Positions 1 through 9,608 of a stretch of 64,000 nt of DNA are shown here, one piece after another. The notes below the pieces were generated by a model. It searched no databases. It was not told where the DNA came from and saw only the letters and a list, made by a program, of their open reading frames with translations. A program made the position numbers and the translations under genes. The stretch's first letter is position 1; each line of letters opens with the position of its first letter. The stretch is from an uncultured Thermoplasmatales archaeon (GTDB taxonomy: Archaea > Thermoplasmatota > E2 > DHVEG-1), in the NCBI GenBank assembly GCA_964618505.1, contig CAZUBH010000003.1, forward strand, positions 20,687 through 84,686. The letters run 5' to 3'.

Positions 1-528
1 GTTCATTATTAAAGGAAAAGCCTGAAAATCAGAAAGCCTAGATGCAAGTATTAATCCAAAACCAACAGCTGTACATGCAATCATTAGCATCATTACAATT
101 GTAAGAAGAAGACTCCAAATAGAAACGAATCTAACACCAATAAATAAACTCAATAAAACAACAAGAAATCCTTGAAACAATGCTGTTGTTGCACCGCCCA
201 ATGTTCTTCCAATTATAATAGATAACCTACTTACTGGCGCTACTAAAACCTCCTGAAGAAAACCAAATTGTTTATCCCATAAAACAGATATTCCAGCAAA
301 CATTGAAGAGAATAAAATTGCCATTCCAACTATAGCTGGAGCTAGAAACTCGATATAGTTACCGGTTAATCCAGGAATAATAGCTCTATTAAAACCTGCG
401 CCTAAAATGAATAAGAAAAACAAGGGTTGTACAATACTTGCAACAATTCTACTTTTCGCACGTAAAAATCTCTTTATTTGACGAAGCCACATTACATATA
501 CTGCTTGCATTTCAGCATTTAGTATCAT
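1..528 (-). CDS. ABC-2 type transporter permease; partial, C-terminal part lies beyond the window start
   Basis: Reverse-strand ATG at 526-528 sits immediately after the ATPase stop, with GGAGG 6 nt upstream. Hand translation gives a multi-TM hydrophobic protein (MILNAEMQAVYVMWLRQIKRFLRAKSRIVASIVQPLFF...) typical of ABC-2 permeases. It directly follows its ATPase partner. Confidence 0.7.
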   Translation of the reverse strand, partial: MILNAEMQAVYVMWLRQIKRFLRAKSRIVASIVQPLFFLFILGAGFNRAIIPGLTGNYIEFLAPAIVGMAILFSSMFAGISVLWDKQFGFLQEVLVAPVSRLSIIIGRTLGGATTALFQGFLVVLLSLFIGVRFVSIWSLLLTIVMMLMIACTAVGFGLILASRLSDFQAFPLIMN

Positions 529-1512
529 TTAATGTCCTCCTCTAAAATGCATCATCTGTTTCATAGCATTTTCAGCAGATTCATTTCTAATTGATCTACC
601 TGTAAAATGTAAAAATACGTCATCTAAAGTTGGCTTTCTAACACTTATCGAAGTAACTTTAATTCCTAGTTTTTGAGCTTTTTCAATTATTATTGGAATT
701 TTTTCTTCTCCCTTTTTAACACCAAAAGTTAGCTCATTATCCCGCATTTTTAAATTATCTACCCATGATTTTTGTTTTAAATAATCATATAATTTCTGCA
801 TATCAGAACAAGATAATGTTATCAAATCCTGGCCAACGTTATTTTTTAGATTTTCAACAGTATCTATAACTAATATCTTACCCTTATCAATTATTCCAAC
901 TCTGTCGCATAAGTGTTCTGCTTCTTCCATATAGTGTGTTGTTAAAAAAATAGTTGTTTTTTCTTGTTTATTCATTGATTTAATGTAATCCCAAATTGCC
1001 CTTCTTGTTTGGGCATCAAGACCTAGAGTTGGTTCATCAAGAAATAAAACTTTAGGAAAATGCATTAACCCCCTTGCAATTTCCAATCTTCTTTTCATAC
1101 CTCCAGAATAGTTTTTAACAAGAATGTCTTTTTTTTCTTCCAAATCAACAAGTTTTAATACCTCATTTATTCGAGAATCTCTTTTTTCTTTATCAATTGC
1201 ATAAATTCTTGCGTGAAAATCTAAATTTTCTCTACCAGTAAGTTCCGTATCTAGAGCAGGTTCTTGGAAAACTACACCTATGTTTCTTCTAACCTTTGAA
1301 CGATCTTTTTTTACATCATTACCCACAATTTCTGCTCTTCCTTTTGTAGGATTTAAAAGAGTAGTTAGCATTTTTATTGTTGTAGTTTTTCCTGCGCCAT
1401 TTGGACCTAAAAAACCGAAAATCTCTCCTTTTTCTACTGTAAATGATATTTCATTTACTGCTGTAAAATTATTAAATTTCTTTGTTAATTTTTCAGTTTT
1501 TATGATTTTCAA
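529..1512 (-). CDS. ABC transporter ATP-binding protein (ABC-2 / drug-exporter type)
   Basis: Walker A GPNGAGKTT, ABC signature LSGGMKRRLEIARGL, Walker B VLFLDEPT; 327 aa. Confidence 0.9.
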   Translation of the reverse strand: MKIIKTEKLTKKFNNFTAVNEISFTVEKGEIFGFLGPNGAGKTTTIKMLTTLLNPTKGRAEIVGNDVKKDRSKVRRNIGVVFQEPALDTELTGRENLDFHARIYAIDKEKRDSRINEVLKLVDLEEKKDILVKNYSGGMKRRLEIARGLMHFPKVLFLDEPTLGLDAQTRRAIWDYIKSMNKQEKTTIFLTTHYMEEAEHLCDRVGIIDKGKILVIDTVENLKNNVGQDLITLSCSDMQKLYDYLKQKSWVDNLKMRDNELTFGVKKGEEKIPIIIEKAQKLGIKVTSISVRKPTLDDVFLHFTGRSIRNESAENAMKQMMHFRGGH

Positions 1513-1555
1513 TTAGGTTTTCCCCAACGTCCTAATCTCAATTCTTTACAAAAAC

Positions 1556-2245
1556 CTATCCAATTTTTTCAACAATAGCAAAATAATTGTCTGGATATAT
1601 TTTGGAGCTGATTTTAATATCAGAAATATCTATGATTTTAAGCCCAGCTTGGTTGAGTTCATCAGCAAATTCATTGCGTTTATAAAGATGATAAAATCTA
1701 GGAACATTTAATTTATCTTGTTTCCAGTAAATGTCTATATCTCCACTTTTATTTTCTTCAACTATATTTCTAAATTTTTCTTGTTCTGCTGACCAGACAC
1801 TAATAAGTGCCTTTCCTCCAATTTTTAGAATTCTTTTTAATTCTTTCAATGAGCATATACGATTGTCTCTTCCTTTTATATTATGCAAAGCAGCAATGTA
1901 TATTGCAAAATCAAAATAATTTTCTTTTATAGGGATTGTAATTAAATTTGAATGAATTAATGTTGCATTTGAAATTTTATCTCTATTCAATTTTATTTTT
2001 ACAATATCGAGTAAGTTTTTAGATATATCAAATCCAAAAACCTCTTTACATAATTTAGCACAAAATAATAAATGCCTACCATTTCCACAACCAAGATCAG
2101 CAATTAAATCTGCACTAGAAAAATTTTCCATAAAATCTAATACTTTGCCCCAGGGTTTTTTTCTTGTTTTATCAAAACTTTCTGCAATCTTGTCCCATGT
2201 TTCTTCAGAAATTTTGAAATTATTATCTTTCATTTTAGCTACCAA
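1556..2245 (-). CDS. Class I SAM-dependent methyltransferase
   Basis: Motif I ADLGCGNGRH, 229 aa, Rossmann-type MTase layout. Confidence 0.75.
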   Translation of the reverse strand: MVAKMKDNNFKISEETWDKIAESFDKTRKKPWGKVLDFMENFSSADLIADLGCGNGRHLLFCAKLCKEVFGFDISKNLLDIVKIKLNRDKISNATLIHSNLITIPIKENYFDFAIYIAALHNIKGRDNRICSLKELKRILKIGGKALISVWSAEQEKFRNIVEENKSGDIDIYWKQDKLNVPRFYHLYKRNEFADELNQAGLKIIDISDIKISSKIYPDNYFAIVEKIG

Positions 2246-2349
2246 ATTAATAAATCATATTTATTTTTATTTGAAACGAATTGCTAGCAAAATTAATACA
2301 TAATAACAAGATACAGTTTTCTCGTTAATATCTTTCAGAAGGGAGTAAA

Positions 2350-3873
2350 ATGACTATTGTTTTAAAAGGATCTGGACTAACTATTGAAAAATTAGTAAAA
2401 GTTGCAAGATTTAATGAAAAGGTTCAACTTGACCCTAAAGCAGAAAAAAGAATAATAAAATGCAGAGAAGTACTTGAAAAAAAGATTGATTCAAAGGAAA
2501 TAATGTATGGAGTAAATACAGGAATTGGAGAATTTTCTGAAGTAGTTTTAAATGACAATCAAATCGAGCAATTCCAGAAATATTTGATATATAATCATGC
2601 AGCAGGAATTGGAGATCCTGCGCCTATTGAATATGTTAGAGGGGCAATGACTGCTAGAATTAATGTTCATTCACATGGCCAGTCAGGTGTTAGACTTGAA
2701 ATAACCAAAACGCTTGTTGAAATGCTAAATAAAGGTGTAACTCCTTATGTTTGTCAGAAAGGCTCAGTTGGTGCTTGTGGTGATCTTGCACCTATGTCTC
2801 AGATTGCACTTCTTATGATGGGTGAAGGCAAGGCATATTACAACGGCAAACTTTTAATTGGAAAAGAAGCAATGAAACAAGCAGGCATAAAAATTCCTGG
2901 ACTAAAAGCAAGAGATGGCCTTGCGCTAATTAATGGTTCAAATCTACTTACCTCAATGAGCGCGATCTTTTTATATGATGCAAACAACTGGTTAAAACAA
3001 GCAGAAATAGCAGCTGCAATGTCTCTTGAGGCATTAAAAGCAAACATGAAACCATATACGCCAAAACTTCACGAGGCAAGAGGTTTTTCTGGAGCAATTA
3101 GAAGTTCTAAATCTATTTGCAAGCTCATCAAAGGTGGAGATTTAAACGAGGGAAATATAAAATGTAAGGTTCAAGACGCCTATTCAATGAGATCAACTCC
3201 CCAAGTAATTGGTGCTGCACATGATGCACTTTCTTGGGCTAAATCTCAAGTTGAAACTGAGCTTAATGGCGTATGTGACAATCCAGTCTTTTTCCCTGAT
3301 GAAGATTTGCAATTATCGGGTGCAAATTTCCAAGGAACTCCAGTATCTCTACCAATGGATATGGCCGGTGCTGCAATAACAATGGTATCTGTTATGTCTG
3401 AAAGAAGAATGAATAGATTAAATAATCCTGCACTAAGTGTTGGTCTTCCTGCTTTTCTAACAAAAGGCGCTGGTATGTTCTCTGGTCTTATGCTTAGTCA
3501 GTATACTGCAGATAGTTTAATTGTTGAGCAAAGGATACTATCCAGTCCAGCATCAGTTCAGTCAATACCTGCGGCAGCAGATCAAGAAGATTTTGTTTCA
3601 ATGGGTATGAATACTGCAATTAAAAATTTCCAAATCCTTGATAATGCATATGGTATTCTAGGAATAGAATTTATGGCAGCAGCACAAGCACTTGATTTTA
3701 GAGATTACAACTTTGGAAAGGGAATAACAAAAGCAAAAGAAATTATCAGAAAGCATGTTGATTTTCTTGACGAGGATAGACCATTATATCCAGACCATAC
3801 AAAAATGAAAGAACTAGTAAAATCCTGTGAAATATTAAATGAGGTAGAAAAAGTAGTTGGAAGTTTAGAATAG
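2350..3873 (+). CDS. hutH: Histidine ammonia-lyase (HAL/PAL family)
   Basis: 507 aa; MIO-region motif GSVGACGDLAPMSQ (canonical GSVGASGDLAPLSH), whole-length HAL-like. Confidence 0.88.
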   Translation: MTIVLKGSGLTIEKLVKVARFNEKVQLDPKAEKRIIKCREVLEKKIDSKEIMYGVNTGIGEFSEVVLNDNQIEQFQKYLIYNHAAGIGDPAPIEYVRGAMTARINVHSHGQSGVRLEITKTLVEMLNKGVTPYVCQKGSVGACGDLAPMSQIALLMMGEGKAYYNGKLLIGKEAMKQAGIKIPGLKARDGLALINGSNLLTSMSAIFLYDANNWLKQAEIAAAMSLEALKANMKPYTPKLHEARGFSGAIRSSKSICKLIKGGDLNEGNIKCKVQDAYSMRSTPQVIGAAHDALSWAKSQVETELNGVCDNPVFFPDEDLQLSGANFQGTPVSLPMDMAGAAITMVSVMSERRMNRLNNPALSVGLPAFLTKGAGMFSGLMLSQYTADSLIVEQRILSSPASVQSIPAAADQEDFVSMGMNTAIKNFQILDNAYGILGIEFMAAAQALDFRDYNFGKGITKAKEIIRKHVDFLDEDRPLYPDHTKMKELVKSCEILNEVEKVVGSLE

Positions 3874-5526
3874 CTACTTTTGTATCAATGGGATATTTAA
3901 ATCAGATTTTTTAACAAGATCAATTGATTCTTTATATCCTGCATCAGCATGTCTTGCAACACCTATTCCTGGGTCTGTTGTAAACACTCTTTTTATTCTT
4001 TCATCGGTTTCTTTTGTACCATCACAAACTACAACCATTCCGGCATGAGTAGACAGTCCAATTCCAACGCCACCGCCATTATGTATCTGAATAGAATCTG
4101 CACCTGCTGAACAATTAATAAGAGCATTTAGAAGTGGCCAATCTGCTATGGCATCACTCCCATCGATCATCCCTTCAGTTTCTCGATATGGTGATGCAAC
4201 ACTTCCACTATCAAGATGATCTCTAGTAATTGCAACAGGTCCAATTTCCTTGTTTCTGACCATTTCATTCATTTTTAATGCAAATTTTGATCTTTCCCCG
4301 TATCCTAACCAACAAACTCTTGCAGGAAGCCCTTCCCAAGGCAAATTTTCTTCTGCAAGTTTAATCCAATTTGTAAGTACGCTGTCTTCTGGAAACATTT
4401 CAATTACAGCCTTATCTGTTTTTAAAATATCATCTGGATTTCCAGTAAGTGCAAGCCACCTAAAAGGCCCTCTTCCAACACAAAACATAGGTCGTATATA
4501 AGCAGGGACAAAACCCGGATAATCAAAAGCATTTGAAAGACCTGCTTTTAATGCTTGCCCTCTAAGATTGTTGCCATAGTCAAATGCAATAGCTCCATTT
4601 TTCTGAAAATCAACTATTGCCTTACAGTGATCTTTCATGCCCTTAAGAGATCTTTTCATATATTCTTTTGGTTTGCTTTTTTTAAGTTTAAATGCCTCAT
4701 TTAAATTGTTGCCAAAATAACCTGCAGGAACATATCCATTCAATTCATCATGAGCTGATGTTTGATCTGTTACAACATCAGGCTTAAATCCCTCCTTGAC
4801 TAGTTTTGGTAAAATATCCGCACAGTTACCTAAAACGCCTATGGACAATGCTTCTTTTTTGTCTCTGGCATCTTCTGCAAGCTTTACTGCTTCTTTGATA
4901 TCATAAACTTTTTTATCACAAAAACCAGCCTTGATTCTTCTGTCAATCCTTTTCTCATCACATTCAATAGCAATACATACTCCATGATTCATTGCAACAG
5001 AAAGTGGCTGTGCTCCACCCATTCCACCAAGGCCACCAGTAAGTACAATTTTTCCGGATAAATCGCTATTAAAATGTTTTTTTGCAAGTGCAGCAAATGT
5101 TTCGTAAGTTCCTTGTATAATTCCTTGGGTCCCAATATAACACCACGAGCCTGCGGTCATCTGTCCATACATTATTAGGCCTATTTTATCGTATTTTCTA
5201 AACTCTTCCCAGTTGCTCCATTTTGGAACTATATTTGAATTTGCCATAACAATTCTTGGCGAGTTTGACCATGTTTTAAAAACTGCAACAGGCTTTCCAG
5301 ATTGAATTAATAAAGTTTCATCATCTTTTAGTGTTTTTAAGCTCTTAACAATTGCGTCATAAGACTCCCAATTTCTTGCAGCCTTACCAGTTCCACCATA
5401 TATAATCAACTCATCAGGTATTTCTGCGTTTTCTAGGTTGTTTTCAAGCATTCTAAGAATGGCTTCTTGTCTCCAATTTTTACACCTTAGCTTATCGCCT
5501 TTTTGAACGGTTACTGTTTTTGCCAT
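3874..5526 (-). CDS. hutU: Urocanate hydratase (urocanase)
   Basis: 550 aa; NAD-binding GGLGGMGGAQPL motif and overall urocanase pattern; convergent with hutH and abutting it. Confidence 0.9.
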   Translation of the reverse strand: MAKTVTVQKGDKLRCKNWRQEAILRMLENNLENAEIPDELIIYGGTGKAARNWESYDAIVKSLKTLKDDETLLIQSGKPVAVFKTWSNSPRIVMANSNIVPKWSNWEEFRKYDKIGLIMYGQMTAGSWCYIGTQGIIQGTYETFAALAKKHFNSDLSGKIVLTGGLGGMGGAQPLSVAMNHGVCIAIECDEKRIDRRIKAGFCDKKVYDIKEAVKLAEDARDKKEALSIGVLGNCADILPKLVKEGFKPDVVTDQTSAHDELNGYVPAGYFGNNLNEAFKLKKSKPKEYMKRSLKGMKDHCKAIVDFQKNGAIAFDYGNNLRGQALKAGLSNAFDYPGFVPAYIRPMFCVGRGPFRWLALTGNPDDILKTDKAVIEMFPEDSVLTNWIKLAEENLPWEGLPARVCWLGYGERSKFALKMNEMVRNKEIGPVAITRDHLDSGSVASPYRETEGMIDGSDAIADWPLLNALINCSAGADSIQIHNGGGVGIGLSTHAGMVVVCDGTKETDERIKRVFTTDPGIGVARHADAGYKESIDLVKKSDLNIPLIQK

Positions 5527-5623
5527 AGTAATCTAGTATCGAATAAAAATCTACAATTAAAAATTTGTCATGTACGTGAAAAATTTTCATTATAGTTCAC
5601 ACTCAAAAAACCTGGTTTCAAAA

Positions 5624-5699
5624 GTGGAAGGCAGGCTGGCCTCACTAGGAGGGGATGGGATGCACTCTAACAAAACAACAACTACCAGCCCAATTCCTT
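5624..5699. other. GC-rich ~76-nt intergenic element with long-range stem (GGAAGG..GGCTGG / CCAGCC..CCTTCC) and internal CCTC-ACTAG-GAGG hairpin; possible structured RNA or terminator/leader
   Basis: Read directly: 5' GGAAGG-CA-GGCTGG pairs with CCAGCC-CAATT-CCTTCC 3'. It is a local GC island in a very AT-rich intergenic region between lsm and hutU. Confidence 0.25.
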
Positions 5700-5741
5700 C
5701 CAATATATAAATATCAAAACGATGTATATATGTTTTTCGCT

Positions 5742-5960
5742 TTAAATGAGAGAAATACTCACAACATTACTTCCGCGAAGGATAATTTTACCTAGTCTTC
5801 TTTTTGTTTCATCTCTTGTTGTTTCTTCTACTTCATCTAAAACTATGTTCATATACTCATCAAAACCAATGAGCTTTCCTTCAATTTTTCTTCCATCTTT
5901 TAGCAGAAGAAGTAATTTTTGATTTAAAGATTTCTCCAGAGTATCTAGTGGTAATGCCAT
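5742..5960 (-). CDS. Sm-like archaeal protein (LSm/SmAP)
   Basis: 72 aa; Sm1/Sm2-like KIEGKLIGFDEYMNIVLDEVEE...LGKIILRGSNVVSI. Confidence 0.8.
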   Translation of the reverse strand: MALPLDTLEKSLNQKLLLLLKDGRKIEGKLIGFDEYMNIVLDEVEETTRDETKRRLGKIILRGSNVVSISLI

Positions 5961-6001
5961 GAAAAGGGGTAAGAGTAATCCCTTATTAAAATTATTCCCT
6001 T

Positions 6002-7405
6002 TTAATCAGGATATCCGCCGATTAATAAACTAGGATCGCCAAATAATTCCCAAGTCTGGACACACTGGGCATCAATCCAAGAATCTCCAGTACCTGCTCC
6101 ATTCCAATCTACGGGATAAGTATCAATATACCAGCTTACTGCATTATTCCATACATCGCCTAGGGTTTCATGGCCATTTTGGCCATATTGTTTAAAAAAT
6201 TCAACTTCAAGTTCGTTTACCCCGCCCTGAAAAGTAGATTTATCTTCTTTTGTAAATCCAAGAGCAGTACAACCAAGAGTTGCTATTGAACCGCCACCTA
6301 TTTTTCTTGTTAGTCTCCAACCAAGACATTCATAAGTTGCTTCTCCATGATATCTTCTGGTTTTATTGAAAAATCTAAAAATAGAAACATCAAACTGAAG
6401 ATCATGGCATCCACTTAAAACGCACACTGGTAGTTTATCTTTATTCCAAAGTCTATGTATATTAAAATCTGAAAGACCTCTTACAAAACTTGTCCCATTT
6501 GGAGCATTATTGCCCCATGTTTTGGGACTTCCGTGTCCAACCAGATATAAAAATCCACAACCTTGTTTTAAAGCATTTATTAAATCTGAAGCAGTTGTAA
6601 ATGTTTCATCTGATGTATAATATCTAAATGCATTAAAATCAGTCATGTTTTCTATTGCTCTATCTCCGTAGTATTCGCCTTCAAATCCAGTCCAATTTGG
6701 ATTTGTTGTTTCAGGGTAAGTATCGCCTGCAAAAACTGCAAAGTTTTTAAACCAATCTTGACCATATGTACCTTTTTCATATTTTATAATCTTATTTACC
6801 ATTATTTTTACTTCAATATCATTTCTACAAGGAAGCCTGCCAATACTAACATCTGGTTTTAAATCTATATCGATATCCTCAGCACCTTCTCCAGCATACC
6901 ATTCTCCAAAAATTCCATCTTTATCGGAGTCCCAAGTTGAAAATTTTCCTTCTGAATCATAGATATCAGCATAATATAAATCACTTATTATTTCTGCTTC
7001 CCAATCATTTTCCATATGAATATATCTAACAGGTAAATGCCAAAAAGGAAGTTGGCCTTTCATCCCACCAATAAGAAGAACATATTCGGTTCCCCATTGT
7101 TCTATAGAGTTTTTAATAAAATATTTTATTTTTTCCTGCTCGTCTCGTCCCTGCCAGTACATTTGTTTGTATATTTCGCATAAAGTTACAAGTTTTGCGC
7201 TCATACCTATCTTATTTTTATGACAAACAAGTGGCTGTAAGCTTTTTGAAAAATCTTTAGGTGTTATAATTAATAATTTATAGATCTGATTTTCACCACT
7301 ATCTTGTTTGATATGTTTAAAATTTGTAAAAGTTGCATTTATTATTGGAACTAGTATCAATGATGCTATCACAAAAACAAATAATATTGATTTTAGAATC
7401 TTCAT
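6002..7405 (-). CDS. Secreted cysteine peptidase, C25 (gingipain)-like
   Basis: N-terminal signal/TM MKILKSILFVFVIASLILVPIINA. Candidate catalytic His in LYLVGHGSPKTWG and Cys in VCVLSGCHDL, matching gingipain-type HGS.../..C motifs. Confidence 0.5.
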   Translation of the reverse strand: MKILKSILFVFVIASLILVPIINATFTNFKHIKQDSGENQIYKLLIITPKDFSKSLQPLVCHKNKIGMSAKLVTLCEIYKQMYWQGRDEQEKIKYFIKNSIEQWGTEYVLLIGGMKGQLPFWHLPVRYIHMENDWEAEIISDLYYADIYDSEGKFSTWDSDKDGIFGEWYAGEGAEDIDIDLKPDVSIGRLPCRNDIEVKIMVNKIIKYEKGTYGQDWFKNFAVFAGDTYPETTNPNWTGFEGEYYGDRAIENMTDFNAFRYYTSDETFTTASDLINALKQGCGFLYLVGHGSPKTWGNNAPNGTSFVRGLSDFNIHRLWNKDKLPVCVLSGCHDLQFDVSIFRFFNKTRRYHGEATYECLGWRLTRKIGGGSIATLGCTALGFTKEDKSTFQGGVNELEVEFFKQYGQNGHETLGDVWNNAVSWYIDTYPVDWNGAGTGDSWIDAQCVQTWELFGDPSLLIGGYPD

Positions 7406-7519
7406 TTAGATTTCCCCAGAGTACAATTAATTTTAGGATTTATAAAGTTTTAGTAGAATATATTTATCTAACCTTAAATAACAAAGTTATTATATTCGAT
7501 TCTTTATCACGCGGCCCCA

Positions 7520-8245
7520 ATGGACCAAACCTGCGAATACTATTGTTACAAAAATAAAAGAAACACCTTAAAATATGATTTAGACAAAATTGAAAGAGTA
7601 GAAATTGTTTTTTTTGATATGGATGGTGTACTAACAGATTGTATAAGTTCTTGGAAATATGTTCATGATTATTTTAATACCTCAAACCATCGCTCTGTAG
7701 ACAAATATTTGAAAGGAGAAATAGACGATTTAGAATTCATAAAAAAAGATGTTTCTTTATGGAAAGAAAACGGAAAATTTACAAGCTATGAAAAGTTAAG
7801 CAAAATACTTTATGAAATACCTGTTATGAAAGGTGCAAAAGACCTTTTTTCTTTTTTAAAGAAAAATAAAATTAAAACAGCAATTGTGAGTGCTGGAATT
7901 GATATACTTGCAAAAAAAGTAGCAAAACATTTAGATATTGATTTTGTTTTTTCAAATGGCTTTGAGTTTGATGATAAGGGGATTTTAACTGGAGAAGGAG
8001 TCTTAAATGTCGAGCTCAGTTATAAGGATAAAAATATTGCTTATCTTGCAAATTCTTTAGACATAGAGCAAAAGAATTGTATTTCTGTGGGAAATTCTTG
8101 TTTTGATATACCAATGTTTGAAGCAAGTGGAATAGGAATAGCATTTAATCCTGAAGACGAATGCGTTAAAAAGGCAGCAGATATAATAATTGAAGAAAAA
8201 GATTTGGAAAAACTCATTTCTGCAATTGAAAAATTTGTTAAATAA
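7520..8245 (+). CDS. HAD-superfamily phosphatase (phosphoserine phosphatase-like)
   Basis: Motif I FFDMDGVL (DxDG) and C-terminal GNSCFDIPMFEASGIGIAFNP, which is SerB-like (GDGxND...AG.GIAF). The true start may lie nearer the DxDG motif. Confidence 0.7.
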   Translation: MDQTCEYYCYKNKRNTLKYDLDKIERVEIVFFDMDGVLTDCISSWKYVHDYFNTSNHRSVDKYLKGEIDDLEFIKKDVSLWKENGKFTSYEKLSKILYEIPVMKGAKDLFSFLKKNKIKTAIVSAGIDILAKKVAKHLDIDFVFSNGFEFDDKGILTGEGVLNVELSYKDKNIAYLANSLDIEQKNCISVGNSCFDIPMFEASGIGIAFNPEDECVKKAADIIIEEKDLEKLISAIEKFVK

Positions 8246-9517
8246 TTATTGGGGATTTACTAGTTTTCCCATAAATAAAATAGTATTAGTCTCTTTATGT
8301 TGGATTAAATATATGAAAGGATGATCGGCATTAAACATTGTTGCAGGTGCAGATTTTAAAACCATATGAACTGAAGTTGCACCGGCAGCTTCACTGCCCT
8401 GTTCGTTTACCTCAATAAATGCTTTATGTTTTATTTTTCCAACAAACAAATCCTTATCTCCAGTCATACCTGAAAAATCAGCATCACCAGAAAATGCAGC
8501 ATTCATTCCCATATTTTTTAAATGTTCTTTAAGATTATATTCATCTTCTAAGCTAAATCTAGGAATACTTACCTGAACGTTTGTTTCTGAAAGCATGTTG
8601 GACCAATCAATGAAATTTTCATAATTTAATTCATTTTCAAGATTTGAAATATTATTGTCTTTTGGAAGTATAAAAATCATTGATAATTCATCACCTTTAT
8701 ATGGCATTTCTAATATTTGTATGTCATTAGTTTCATAATAATTAAATTCAATCTCATTATTAGAAATACTCATCATTGGAGTATTTATTGTTTCATCTGT
8801 TGATATTTCAAATTCCGCATCTATTGTATCTTCTGGGTCAAACTGATATTTCCAAATTCCTTTAAAATAAATCGCGTTTGTTAGAATCAATTTTGTTAAA
8901 GGATCTATATCAGATGCCGACAAAAGATCTTTAATTAATCCTTTTGTGTTTTTTTCAACCCATTCATTGATAATGTTTGCTGATTGTTCTGAATTTTTAA
9001 AATCTACATTAGTTGCTTTACCCATATAATAATTATTTATAAAATTTAAATAATCATCAAGGAAGTTGTAATCCTTTTGAGTCCAAAGAGCATTTGCTGT
9101 ATTAAGAGTATATTCTTTATCTATATTTAATAGATTATAAATTCTTCCAAAGGAACAAAGAGACACTTCATCATTTTGTGGGAATTGAAGAATACTTTGC
9201 ATTTCTTCTGCAGTTTCGCCTTCTGCTCCTTCATATGTCATAGCTAGAGCTACAAATATGCTATATGGGGAAAAGAATATGTTTTCATTGTTTTCTATAG
9301 ACAGTTGATTATACATATTAAATGTGAAAATATTCATATAATCTGAAAGAGATGAAACACTTTCTTGAGTTGCATATGTATCAATAGCAAGTTTTTGAGC
9401 AGGAGCAGGCGTTGGATAAAAAATTACAGCCATGAGTGCAATAACAACTACAAATGCTGTCGATATTCCAATTATATTTTGCTTTTTCATACGAATCCTC
9501 ACTAATTTGTTATTCAC
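8246..9517 (-). CDS. Serpin (serine protease inhibitor) with N-terminal signal/anchor
   Basis: Classic serpin C-terminus FNADHPFIYLIQHKETNTILFMGKLVNP and hinge/RCL region GSEAAGATSV; 423 aa. Confidence 0.85.
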   Translation of the reverse strand: MNNKLVRIRMKKQNIIGISTAFVVVIALMAVIFYPTPAPAQKLAIDTYATQESVSSLSDYMNIFTFNMYNQLSIENNENIFFSPYSIFVALAMTYEGAEGETAEEMQSILQFPQNDEVSLCSFGRIYNLLNIDKEYTLNTANALWTQKDYNFLDDYLNFINNYYMGKATNVDFKNSEQSANIINEWVEKNTKGLIKDLLSASDIDPLTKLILTNAIYFKGIWKYQFDPEDTIDAEFEISTDETINTPMMSISNNEIEFNYYETNDIQILEMPYKGDELSMIFILPKDNNISNLENELNYENFIDWSNMLSETNVQVSIPRFSLEDEYNLKEHLKNMGMNAAFSGDADFSGMTGDKDLFVGKIKHKAFIEVNEQGSEAAGATSVHMVLKSAPATMFNADHPFIYLIQHKETNTILFMGKLVNPQ

Positions 9518-9608
9518 TTATGCATATATAAATGGTTAGAAAATGTTTGGTAAAAGCCAAACTGCGATACCTTTTAATGTGTCTTTTTGTATTTGGTGGT
9601 TTGAAATC

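Noticed and set aside
5600-5700. Possible tRNA in the GC-rich intergenic island
   Set aside because: Length is tRNA-like but there is no GTTCRANYC T-loop and no canonical D/anticodon arm arrangement. Kept only as an unclassified structured element.
9543-9608. ORF-track start of srp54 at 9543 (and 10924 for glycerate kinase, 55295 for dnaK)
   Set aside because: Internal ATGs at 9609, 10942 and 55331 match conserved N-termini (MVLDGLGSSL..., [14 protein letters not shown]) and have better Shine-Dalgarno placement or avoid gene overlap.
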